Assembly (NCBI GenBank): GCA_963717525.1
Contig: OY970343.1
Span: 160,001-224,000 of the forward strand
DNA from: an uncultured Methanoregulaceae archaeon
GTDB lineage: Archaea; Halobacteriota; Methanomicrobia; Methanomicrobiales; Methanospirillaceae
Reading direction: 5' to 3'
DNA length: 64,000 nt
Positions 9,514-17,719 of this stretch are shown in pieces; position 1 is the stretch's first letter; each line of letters begins with the position of its first letter. A model generated the notes under the pieces. That model worked only from the letters and a program-made list of their open reading frames with translations, made no database searches and was not told the DNA's origin. The position numbers were made by a program, and so were the translations under genes.

Positions 9514-9915
9514 ATGAATGCGCAAAGAATCGAGTCCGGTACACCCGAAGGGGAGGCGCTGGGGTTTGTCGAATCCCTCTATTCCGGCTGGCTTGAACTG
9601 AGGGAGAACCACCGGCTCTACCTTCATTTCATCATTTCCCGGAACAAAAACGGCGGTAATACCCAGGCTTTGATCCGGCAGTGGCTTGTGCAGGGGTATG
9701 ATGTACGGGTAGTGATGCCCCGGCCCATCATGCAGCACATCCTCGATAAATTACATTTTGTCCCGGCGGTGGAGTCCCTGCCTGAATGGTATGACGAAAT
9801 TGTTGAATGCTGGCGCAGGCCAAAGGCGTGGCTGCTGCCCGCCTTGCCTGATGAGGAGGCAGGCGCAGGAAACCGGATAAAGGCCCCTGGGAATGCTGAC
9901 GGGCGCAGGGGATAA
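9514..9915 (+). CDS. Hypothetical protein, possibly degenerate GNAT-like fold
   Basis: 133-aa ORF with upstream purine-rich RBS-like sequence. LYLHFIISRNKNGGNTQALI resembles GNAT motif A (weak). Confidence 0.5.
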   Translation: MNAQRIESGTPEGEALGFVESLYSGWLELRENHRLYLHFIISRNKNGGNTQALIRQWLVQGYDVRVVMPRPIMQHILDKLHFVPAVESLPEWYDEIVECWRRPKAWLLPALPDEEAGAGNRIKAPGNADGRRG

Positions 9916-10155
9916 CGAGCCGTGCGAGATAAGAGCCGGTGATTTTTTCCGCCCTTACAGAAGTGCCGGGTCCAGCGCTCCCCTCCCCTCATCCATGAAT
10001 CCGGGAAAAAACAAGTATAAGAAGTTTATAAAGGGAAGATCAGATTTACTCAGCAGGATATTGACATGGCAAAAACCGCAAAAAAAGGTTCCGATACTGC
10101 ACGGGATGCCTCCCATGAAGATGTCTTCAGGAACTTTGAGAAGATGAAAAACCCG

Positions 10156-11079
10156 TCACTCCCCGATCAGCGTCTTTGATACGATATATTCCCCTTTTGC
10201 CTCGCGGGTCGTCCCGACAATGAGCCAGCGTTCTGTTCCGTGCTGCTCTATGACGCCGCAGGCTTCGATCGTCTCCCCTGCAAGAGCCTGACCGCTGTAC
10301 GTATGGGTAAACGAGAGGACCCTGCTCACCGATTCGTGTTCCACGTTATACACCGCCGGGTTGTCAAACGCACGTGAGGCATCGGTCACCTTTGCGACGA
10401 TCGTTTCCTTCCCGAGGATCTCTCCTCTGCCGGCAGGGACTCCCTCAAGGTTATCGTAGGATCGCGTGTATAGGATATCAAAATAGGTGCCCTCGATCTG
10501 GCCCCGATTCCCTTTCCGCTGTTCGTGGAGCACAAAGACTTCATACGGGATACCGGGTTTGCGTTTCTCGTACACCTTGCGCCACATCTCCGGGGACATG
10601 CCCTCGATTTTACCCCCGGCAATACCCTTCCTGACGAGCTCCTGCGCGGCAAACCAGTGCCTGCCGTATATTACCACGTCGATATCCGAACTCTCGTTTT
10701 CAAGCCCGCAAAGGAGCGACCCGGTGCAGCCGACCGCACCCGGCGGCAGCCGGAACAGGTCGAGCAGCCGTCTGACCCGGTCGTGCGATGCTGCGATGCG
10801 GGAGATCTCCTGATCCGGTTTTAGGACCCGGCGCACATCTCCGACGGGAATGCGCTGGACAAGTCCTGCATAGGCCGGTTTTTCGCGTGCAATCCGCGCA
10901 TAGGCCTCCTCGAAATCGTATTTACGGTACCGCTGGCCGGACCGGCCGATCCGCTCCCCCCCGGTCTCCGGGACATAGCGGAGCACGCACCCGACATTTC
11001 GTTCGTTGTCGTAGGCAGAGACCGCATAGATCCACCCATCGGGGTCTGCAACAAAATCGCGGAGGCGGATCGGGAGCAT
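10156..11079 (-). CDS. Pol-beta-type nucleotidyltransferase domain protein
   Basis: GCTGSLLCGLENESSDIDVVIYG (GS...DxD motif) and OB-like C-terminus. Confidence 0.8.
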   Translation of the reverse strand: MLPIRLRDFVADPDGWIYAVSAYDNERNVGCVLRYVPETGGERIGRSGQRYRKYDFEEAYARIAREKPAYAGLVQRIPVGDVRRVLKPDQEISRIAASHDRVRRLLDLFRLPPGAVGCTGSLLCGLENESSDIDVVIYGRHWFAAQELVRKGIAGGKIEGMSPEMWRKVYEKRKPGIPYEVFVLHEQRKGNRGQIEGTYFDILYTRSYDNLEGVPAGRGEILGKETIVAKVTDASRAFDNPAVYNVEHESVSRVLSFTHTYSGQALAGETIEACGVIEQHGTERWLIVGTTREAKGEYIVSKTLIGE

Positions 11080-11095
11080 GAAGACGACCTCGGTA

Positions 11096-11668
11096 TCAGC
11101 AGGACCGGAGAAATGCCTCGATAGCTTCTGCATCTGTGCCGCGGCGGATAATGGATTTTTGGGTAAGATCGATGACCGTGCTGGGTGTCCCGGCAAGCCT
11201 CCCCCCATCGATGAGAAGATCGCGGGGCACCGTGCACTCTTCCGGGGTCTGTGGATCTTTTCCTCCCGAGAGGTTCGCGCTCGTGGCGGTTATGGGTGCA
11301 TCAAATCGTTCGATGATCTGGAGGGCCACCCCGTGGGCCGGGATGCGGATGCCGATCATTCCTGTACCCCCGGTCAGGATCCCCGGGATCGTCCTCCGTG
11401 CCGGCACCACCACCGTCACCGGCCCGGGCAGGAATTTTTCAATAAACTCCTCCATCGCGCTGTCGATGTGGGAGACTGCAGCAAGCATCTCGAAATCAGA
11501 GACAGCAATGGAGATCGGCTTTGCGAGATCCCGCTTCTTTGCCTCGTAGACTTTCTCTATGGCCTCGTCAGAAAAGGCGTCGGCCCCAATGCCATAGAGC
11601 GTATCGGTCGGATAGACAATAAGGCCGTCATGCATCAGCACCGAGACGGCCCTCTCGATAATATCCAT
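11096..11668 (-). CDS. tsaC: L-threonylcarbamoyladenylate synthase (short TsaC/YrdC form)
   Basis: YPTDTLYGIG, KKR..KP, LPGPVT, GIRIP, ATSANLSG, PSTVID. Confidence 0.92.
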   Translation of the reverse strand: MDIIERAVSVLMHDGLIVYPTDTLYGIGADAFSDEAIEKVYEAKKRDLAKPISIAVSDFEMLAAVSHIDSAMEEFIEKFLPGPVTVVVPARRTIPGILTGGTGMIGIRIPAHGVALQIIERFDAPITATSANLSGGKDPQTPEECTVPRDLLIDGGRLAGTPSTVIDLTQKSIIRRGTDAEAIEAFLRSC

Positions 11669-12345
11669 TAAAATTCCCTGCCGCGGATCCGGTTTATATC
11701 GAATACCGCTTTGCTGCTCACCTGCATGACAGCAAACACTCCCGCCTGGATCGGGTCGGTGACAACCAGATCTGCGTGCTCGGGTACGGTGCCCACCATC
11801 TTGAGCGCGATGACCGGGATACCGGCCTCACGGACACGGTCGACCGCGTTTGAGATCTCACCTCCCATGATTGACCCGGCAAGCACAAGGATAGACGCAC
11901 GGGGGAGACGCGAGACGGCATCGACCGCGAGGGCCAGCGTCCTTTCGCCGACAAGGGGGATGGTATCAACAGAGATCCGCTCGCCGCGGATATTGTGCCG
12001 GTCGGCTTCGTTGACGGCGCCAAGCGCTACCTGGGCAACCTGTGCCCCGCCTCCGATGATGATCACCCGTGAACCGAAGATATCCCCAAAAGGCTGGAAG
12101 TTTTTCACGTCCCGGACAGACTTTATCGCTTCAAGATCGCGCACCAGCTGTTCGCGGTCGGGGCCCGGTTCGTATTCAATGTAGAGTTCTCCCATCCCTG
12201 CATAAGGGCCGGAATCGAAGATCTCTTGGTTAACCATGAGGATGTTTGCCCCGTGTTCGGCAATCACCGTCGCGATATCCCGCAGAACGCCTCGGGTGTT
12301 CTCTGCTATGATCCGCATCGCACAGCGTTCGGTTTCTGTTTCCAT
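11668..12345 (-). CDS. ACT domain protein (DUF5612/COG2150-like)
   Basis: N-terminal ACT (NTRGVLRDI..GANI) and GGGAQVAQVALGAVNEADRHNIRGERISVDTIPLVGE. Confidence 0.8.
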   Translation of the reverse strand: METETERCAMRIIAENTRGVLRDIATVIAEHGANILMVNQEIFDSGPYAGMGELYIEYEPGPDREQLVRDLEAIKSVRDVKNFQPFGDIFGSRVIIIGGGAQVAQVALGAVNEADRHNIRGERISVDTIPLVGERTLALAVDAVSRLPRASILVLAGSIMGGEISNAVDRVREAGIPVIALKMVGTVPEHADLVVTDPIQAGVFAVMQVSSKAVFDINRIRGREF

Positions 12346-12354
12346 AACACCGGA

Positions 12355-12425
12355 TGCGATAGCCGGGGATCGAACCCGGGTTAGAAGCTTGGGAAGCTCC
12401 TGTCCTGCCGCTAGACTACTATCGC
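12355..12425 (-). tRNA. tRNA-Gly (CCC)
   Basis: GCGATAG acceptor stem, anticodon loop TT-CCC-AA, GGTTCGATCCC T-arm. CCA not encoded. Confidence 0.95.
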
Positions 12426-12635
12426 TTGTAAATACCGCTCTATGATATTGCCTTATTTCGAAGATAAATATAGTGTTCCCTCAAAAGCCGGGCTGGTTTC
12501 TGGTCGATATTTTTATGAACGGCGGTGGAGCATACTATGAATACATTGCATGTGAATGTTTTCGCACCGGTTCCTGTAACAGGGCAAACATCCTCATAAT
12601 CAGAACTACATAATCACTCACCGGAGATAAAATCC

Positions 12636-13557
12636 ATGAAACCACAATGTATTTTCCTGACACTTATGCTGGCTGTGGCAGTCATCATCCTGGCGTGCCC
12701 GGCACAGGCGGATTCAGGGACACCAGGAGTACTCTACCAGAGTAATTTTGTCACCGATCCCCACTGGACGACCAACAACCCCTCGTCAGATTACTGGGAT
12801 CCGACCGAGGAAATGTACCATTTCGCTATTCAGCCCAGTACCGGGAATTATGCGTACTCATCTCCCATCAACTACAACGGCGGATCGTTCACCCTGGAAT
12901 ATGATGTCATCATTGAGCAGATGGATCCTGGCGCAACATTCCGGATGGGCTTTACCAGTGACAATATGGACTTCAACAAAGGCCCCAACGTGATAACTGC
13001 GTTCACTAACTCAAAGTATGGCATGATCATGATCCTTCATACCGTCACCCAGAGTGCCATTCAAACAGAGGTTACCAGTGATACGTCCTCATATGGGGGA
13101 CCGACGGTCACGTACCAGTCTGAATACCACCTATCATGTCAAAGCTGATTACAACAACGATACGAATATCGTCACCGAAACCGTCACCAACAAACAGACC
13201 GGTCAGCTGCTCTGGAGTTACTATACGCCCTCCCCGTCCCCTCTCAAGGGTATGAACCGGGTCTATCTCGGCAATGTCGGCGATTATGGCACGATGGGCA
13301 TATATGCCGTCGGGTGGATCGATAACGTTCAGCTCATGGTACCGGCCTCCGCGACCCCGGCAACCCCGACCCCGCTGCCCATCTCGTCCCAACCTACGTA
13401 TGCCATTAACCAGACAACAATGGTGAGCACGCTTGCGACCTATACTCCCATCCCGACCGTTACCCATAAATCCCCGTTGTCCGAAATGATCGCGTTTGCG
13501 GCGCTTGGGATCATCGGAGTCATTGTTGTCGCGCGTTCTGCGAATAAGAAGAGATGA
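12636..13557 (+). CDS. Secreted, C-terminally anchored surface protein, lectin-like beta domain (apparent +1 frameshift at ~13119)
   Basis: Signal peptide. Two ORFs join as TY-Q-LNTTYHVK. Pro/Thr linker, then KSPL + TM + KKR tail resembling an archaeal sorting signal. Confidence 0.7.
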
Positions 13558-14006
13558 AGATGGTTCATGAGGTGCTCTGGCAACAACCAGCGCCTCCCCC
13601 GTAATTTTCTTTTTCCGTATCATTGGTCCGTATGATCCGGTTTTCCCGGAATAATATTGATGGCAGGATCTGTTACCTGAGCCACCGCATCGGGCAATTT
13701 TATTTTAGTAAAAAGGCGGGCTCGCTGATTGTTCCGTATGGTACCAGAACTTCGTTTTGAGATCCAAAATGCGATGGGGATCCTTAACTCCCTCATCCGG
13801 CACAGACCGGCTCAGGAAAGTTCACTGGTGAGCTTGTGAATCGCGATCGGTGTCTGGTGATTTTTACGGGAACCAAAAAAAAAAGAGTATGGGGTGGTTT
13901 TCCTAATGAAGCCTGGAGGATGTGCATCAGGGTTTTCCCGGCCGGATGGCTGCATGCTTTTTGCGCCTCTTCCGGGCATGTGTGGATATTTCTGCTCAAA
14001 TGCCTG

Positions 14007-14291
14007 TCAGACCGTCCGTTCCGCTCTCCATGGGTGGTTTACCGGATATCCGGAAATGGTTGCAGGTGTTGTGGTCAGTCGTTCGTACGGGTGCGTGGCG
14101 GGGCCGGATGCAAGGCCCGGTTGCGCAAGGTATGCGTCACTGCCAGCCGGGGCCTGCCCTGAGCCTCCGCCGGCAGTTACCTGCCCAACCGGGATCATGT
14201 CACCGGTTTTTGCAGCACCCACAGGATGTACCAGGAGGCCGATCATGAGCAGGAGCATTGCCGTTCCCATCAGGATCTTTCCGGTATCCAT
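14007..14291 (-). CDS. Small putative secreted protein
   Basis: Signal peptide MDTGKILMGTAMLLLMIGLLVHPVGA and GGAGG RBS. Divergent from the FHA/kinase cluster. Confidence 0.55.
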   Translation of the reverse strand: MDTGKILMGTAMLLLMIGLLVHPVGAAKTGDMIPVGQVTAGGGSGQAPAGSDAYLAQPGLASGPATHPYERLTTTPATISGYPVNHPWRAERTV

Positions 14292-14365
14292 GCGAGTGCC
14301 TCCGTTTTGTTCTGTTCATGGGTCGGTGACACGCCGAAATGCTTCCCGGGTATCACCTGATCTCA

Positions 14366-14445
14366 TAGTTACATGCAGAGCCACATATATTGCCCCCATG
14401 ATGACGGTTAGTCAATTGAACCTGCTGGTTACATGGTAGTTACGA
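14366..14445. promoter_or_regulatory. Direct repeats T(A/G)GTTAC, candidate operator
   Basis: TAGTTACATG 14366, TGGTTACATG 14426, TAGTTACGA 14437 in the divergent promoter region. Confidence 0.35.
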
Positions 14446-14534
14446 AAAGTACAGCCCTTACAGAGGCATGTGATTGCATGCAGTACGTGCATAGGGTTAT
14501 AGGACGGCAAAGCGACGTACCTCTCAGGAAGAAT

Positions 14535-15320
14535 ATGGACCCTGCAGACAAATCTCCTACCATTGTCGTTGAGGATACGGAGGATTCTCTTGATGAACTC
14601 TCAGAATACCTGGACGTGCTTTCCAGCAGCGCCCGGCTCAGGATTGTGAAATTCCTCGAAAAGAAGCCCCGCGACGCGCGGGCGATCTCCCACGAGATCG
14701 AGACCAGCTACGAAAATACCAAAAAGCACCTTGACAAGCTCATGAGCATCGGGGTGATAAAAAAAGAGGCGGGCCTCGGGTCCCCCACATCCAAAGGAAT
14801 TCATCCGGTCTGGCAGTATTCCCTTGTCCCGGGGGGCCTGGAATCCATCATACGGAACCTCGGGCTTTTCTCCAACACACGGGTTCAGATCATCGGTGGG
14901 GAGATCTCACGGAGACTGGAATCGGTCAAAAACACGCTCTCCAAGGAAGTCCTCGGGAACGTTCCTGCCGTCATTGTCCTTGGCGGGTATGATGATGGCA
15001 GGACATTCCTGTTGAGGAATGACGGTGTGCGGGTTGGACGCAGCGATCCGGAGCGTCCTGCAGGTGCGACCGGAGACGGGGATGTCGAGATCTCCGGGAC
15101 GTATACTGCGGTAACCCGGATCTCAAAACCACATGGAAAATTTATCCAGAAAAAAGACGGGTGGTATTATGAAGACGCCGGGAGTACTGGCGGATCGGTA
15201 CTGAACAACGCGCGGCTGGAACGCAACGTGCCCACCGCTGTCCACGATGGCGATCTGCTCGAGCTTGCCAAAGGAGCGGGCGGGGCAAGGCTTCTGTTAA
15301 TTATCCCAAAAAACCCATAA
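14535..15320 (+). CDS. ArsR-type winged-HTH / FHA domain fusion regulator
   Basis: N-terminal LDVLSSSARLRIVKFL...SYENTKKHLDKLMSIGVI. C-terminal FHA with VGR, SKPH, EDAGSTGG, HDGDLLEL. Confidence 0.85.
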   Translation: MDPADKSPTIVVEDTEDSLDELSEYLDVLSSSARLRIVKFLEKKPRDARAISHEIETSYENTKKHLDKLMSIGVIKKEAGLGSPTSKGIHPVWQYSLVPGGLESIIRNLGLFSNTRVQIIGGEISRRLESVKNTLSKEVLGNVPAVIVLGGYDDGRTFLLRNDGVRVGRSDPERPAGATGDGDVEISGTYTAVTRISKPHGKFIQKKDGWYYEDAGSTGGSVLNNARLERNVPTAVHDGDLLELAKGAGGARLLLIIPKNP

Positions 15321-15379
15321 CCTCTGTAATCATGGTGAGCGGGCATGCCGGTGCTTCCTTTTGCCCCTTGCCATAACAG

Positions 15380-17500
15380 ATGAATACGAATATGATCCAG
15401 AAAACCGTTACCCCGATCATGATGCGCCCTTCGGCCCTGGCCTTTTTCTGCTGTGCAACCGTGCTGCTCATGAGTGCGGCCTGCGTGCCTCCGGTATCCG
15501 GGGCACAATATGTCGTTGCACCCTCGGGGGGAAGTTTTACCAGCATCCAGAATGCGGTCACGTGGGCCTCCCCTCTTGATACTATTATCGTGTGGAGCGG
15601 GACGTACCCGGGCACGGTCAAAATTGACAAGAAGATCACGCTTCTCGGTCTGGACACCGGCGCGGGGGCGCCGGTCATTGACCCGGGAAATAAGGGGGCA
15701 GCTCTCGAAATTGATGCTGATGGGTGTACAGTCGAGGGTTTTACTATCCAGAACAGTGCGACAGCAAGCGGGATTCTTGTCACTTCTAACGGAAATACGA
15801 TCGAAAATAATACGCTCACCGGCAACGCGGTGGGAATCCAGATCTCTTCTTCAGACAGCAATTCCATTACCGGTAACAGCATCACGGGCAGCAGTCGTGC
15901 AGGCATTGTGCTCAGGAATGCAAAAAATAACCTGATAGAAGGAAACCGGGTGACACAAAACACCCTTGGGATATCGATCGACGACCTCTCTACCGCCAAC
16001 ACGATAACTTACAACACATTCTCCAATACCGAGAACGTCCTTTCGCGGGGTTCCGATCAGCAATGGGAATCGCCGTCTTTTCTCTCCTATGTCTATATGG
16101 GGCGGTCCTTTACCGGAAGGCTGGGAAATTACTGGAGCGATTACCGGGGCAGTGACCAGAACTCCGATGGTATCGGGGATACACCATATGTGGTGAGATC
16201 AGGGTTAATCCCCACGTCTGGAACTGCGGTCATCCCGAATGAGGTCGACCCTGCACCCCTGATGGATCCCATTGATTATTATCTGCAGATCCGGCCTGCG
16301 GTGTCAGGAACAGGCACAACACCTGTCCCGACCCCTCTCCCGGTGACAGCCCCGACCGGGCAGGGAACGTCACCTGCGGGTGCCGGATCCCCGGCCACAG
16401 GCGAGCGGGGACTGGTCACGCTTGTGGTGCTGATCCTGCTGATCTGTATCATCGGTGCTGGTGGGGTGCTCTTTATCCGGTCCCGTACAAACCGCGAGGG
16501 GCAGGTTCCTGACGCTCTGTCAGCGTCCGGAGATACGAACCCTCGTCCGGTGCCGGACCTGCGTGAAAAAGAAAAATCGCCGGGGAATAATCAGCAGTCT
16601 CAGGAGATCAGTGCAGAGGTAACCTCCCCCACCCTTGAGACCGAAATAGTTCCCGCACCAAGGGAAACTCCGCCGGCAGCAGGGCCCAAATGTTATTTTC
16701 CTCCCGAGCTCGAGAGCCGGTACGGGGATATCAGGCATATCGGCCGCGGGGGGGTGGCGCATGTCTTTGCCGCACACCGCAAATCGGATAACCTGCTGGT
16801 CGCCGTCAAGATCCCCATCAGTTTTGACGAAGTGACCGGCAAATGTTTCTTAAACGAGATCGCCGCATGGCAGACGCTCCGGCACAAAAATATCGTCGAG
16901 GTGCTCGAGGTTAACATCCTCCCCGTTCCCTATGTCGAGATGGAGTACGTGCCTGGATCGCTTGAATCGGTGGCAAAACCCCTGCCGGTTTGGAAGGCTG
17001 TGCACCTGGTGCACGGTATCGCAGACGGCCTCGCGTACGCCCATGCCCATGGCATCATCCACCGCGACATCAAGCCGCACAACATCCTCGTAACCGGTGA
17101 TTTTGTCCCGAAGATTACGGACTGGGGCATGAGCAAGGTTATCGCCACCACGATGGAGAAATCAAGCGTCGCCGGGTTTTCCCTCTCGTATGCCGCACCG
17201 GAGCAGGTGTCACCGGCCGAGTTCGGGAGGACGGACGTCCGTACCGATATCTACCAGCTGGGGGCACTCTTTTACGAACTGGTCACCGGATCGATACCGT
17301 TTGGAGGGGAGAGTATTGTGGAGGTCGGAAATGCGATTGTCAGGGAAGAACCGATACCCCCGACCGAATATAATCCCGATGCGGAGGCCGTTGAGAAGAT
17401 CATCCTGAAATGCCTCGCCAAGAATCCCGCGGACCGATACCAGACTGCCGGCGAGCTGCTGGATGCGCTGTCCCGCTATCTCGATGAGGATGATGAGTAA
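15380..17500 (+). CDS. Single-pass receptor Hanks-type Ser/Thr kinase with extracellular NosD-like beta-helix
   Basis: Signal peptide, SIQNAV..GTYPG, Asn-ladder repeats, GNYWSDY..DGIGDTPY, TM at ~16409-16477. Kinase motifs GRGGVAHV, VAVK, HRDIKPHN, DWG, YAAPEQ, DIYQLG. True start may be a downstream Met. Confidence 0.92.
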   Translation: MNTNMIQKTVTPIMMRPSALAFFCCATVLLMSAACVPPVSGAQYVVAPSGGSFTSIQNAVTWASPLDTIIVWSGTYPGTVKIDKKITLLGLDTGAGAPVIDPGNKGAALEIDADGCTVEGFTIQNSATASGILVTSNGNTIENNTLTGNAVGIQISSSDSNSITGNSITGSSRAGIVLRNAKNNLIEGNRVTQNTLGISIDDLSTANTITYNTFSNTENVLSRGSDQQWESPSFLSYVYMGRSFTGRLGNYWSDYRGSDQNSDGIGDTPYVVRSGLIPTSGTAVIPNEVDPAPLMDPIDYYLQIRPAVSGTGTTPVPTPLPVTAPTGQGTSPAGAGSPATGERGLVTLVVLILLICIIGAGGVLFIRSRTNREGQVPDALSASGDTNPRPVPDLREKEKSPGNNQQSQEISAEVTSPTLETEIVPAPRETPPAAGPKCYFPPELESRYGDIRHIGRGGVAHVFAAHRKSDNLLVAVKIPISFDEVTGKCFLNEIAAWQTLRHKNIVEVLEVNILPVPYVEMEYVPGSLESVAKPLPVWKAVHLVHGIADGLAYAHAHGIIHRDIKPHNILVTGDFVPKITDWGMSKVIATTMEKSSVAGFSLSYAAPEQVSPAEFGRTDVRTDIYQLGALFYELVTGSIPFGGESIVEVGNAIVREEPIPPTEYNPDAEAVEKIILKCLAKNPADRYQTAGELLDALSRYLDEDDE

Positions 17501-17520
17501 GGAATTACGGTTGGTTTAGT

Positions 17521-17712
17521 ATGGCGGATAAACCAAAAACCTATGAACCTGCGACCTGCGGTCATTGCGGCGGAATCGGGTGCACCTACTGCAACAAAAC
17601 GGGAACCGTTCTCGTGCAGTCGCCCAAAAAGGCCTGTCCTGAGTGCGAAGGGGTCGGCTGTCTCTACTGCGGGTTTACCGGGTGGTCACACCCGAAAGGC
17701 AAGTACGACTAA
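17521..17712 (+). CDS. Small DnaJ-type zinc-finger protein (2x CxxCxGxGCxxC)
   Basis: CGHCGGIGCTYCNKTG and CPECEGVGCLYCGFTG. Starts 20 bp after the kinase stop. Confidence 0.75.
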   Translation: MADKPKTYEPATCGHCGGIGCTYCNKTGTVLVQSPKKACPECEGVGCLYCGFTGWSHPKGKYD

Positions 17713-17719
17713 TACAGAC

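Noticed and set aside
9257..12425. Integrated element at tRNA-Gly (or at the other tRNAs)
   Set aside because: No integrase and no duplicated tRNA 3' end was seen. The flanking genes are housekeeping.
13793..14009. TGA readthrough (selenocysteine) or frameshift extending the small secreted ORF
   Set aside because: The in-frame continuation (QAFEQKYPHM...) runs through a T10 terminator-like tract, no SECIS was identified and there is no homology support. Left unresolved.
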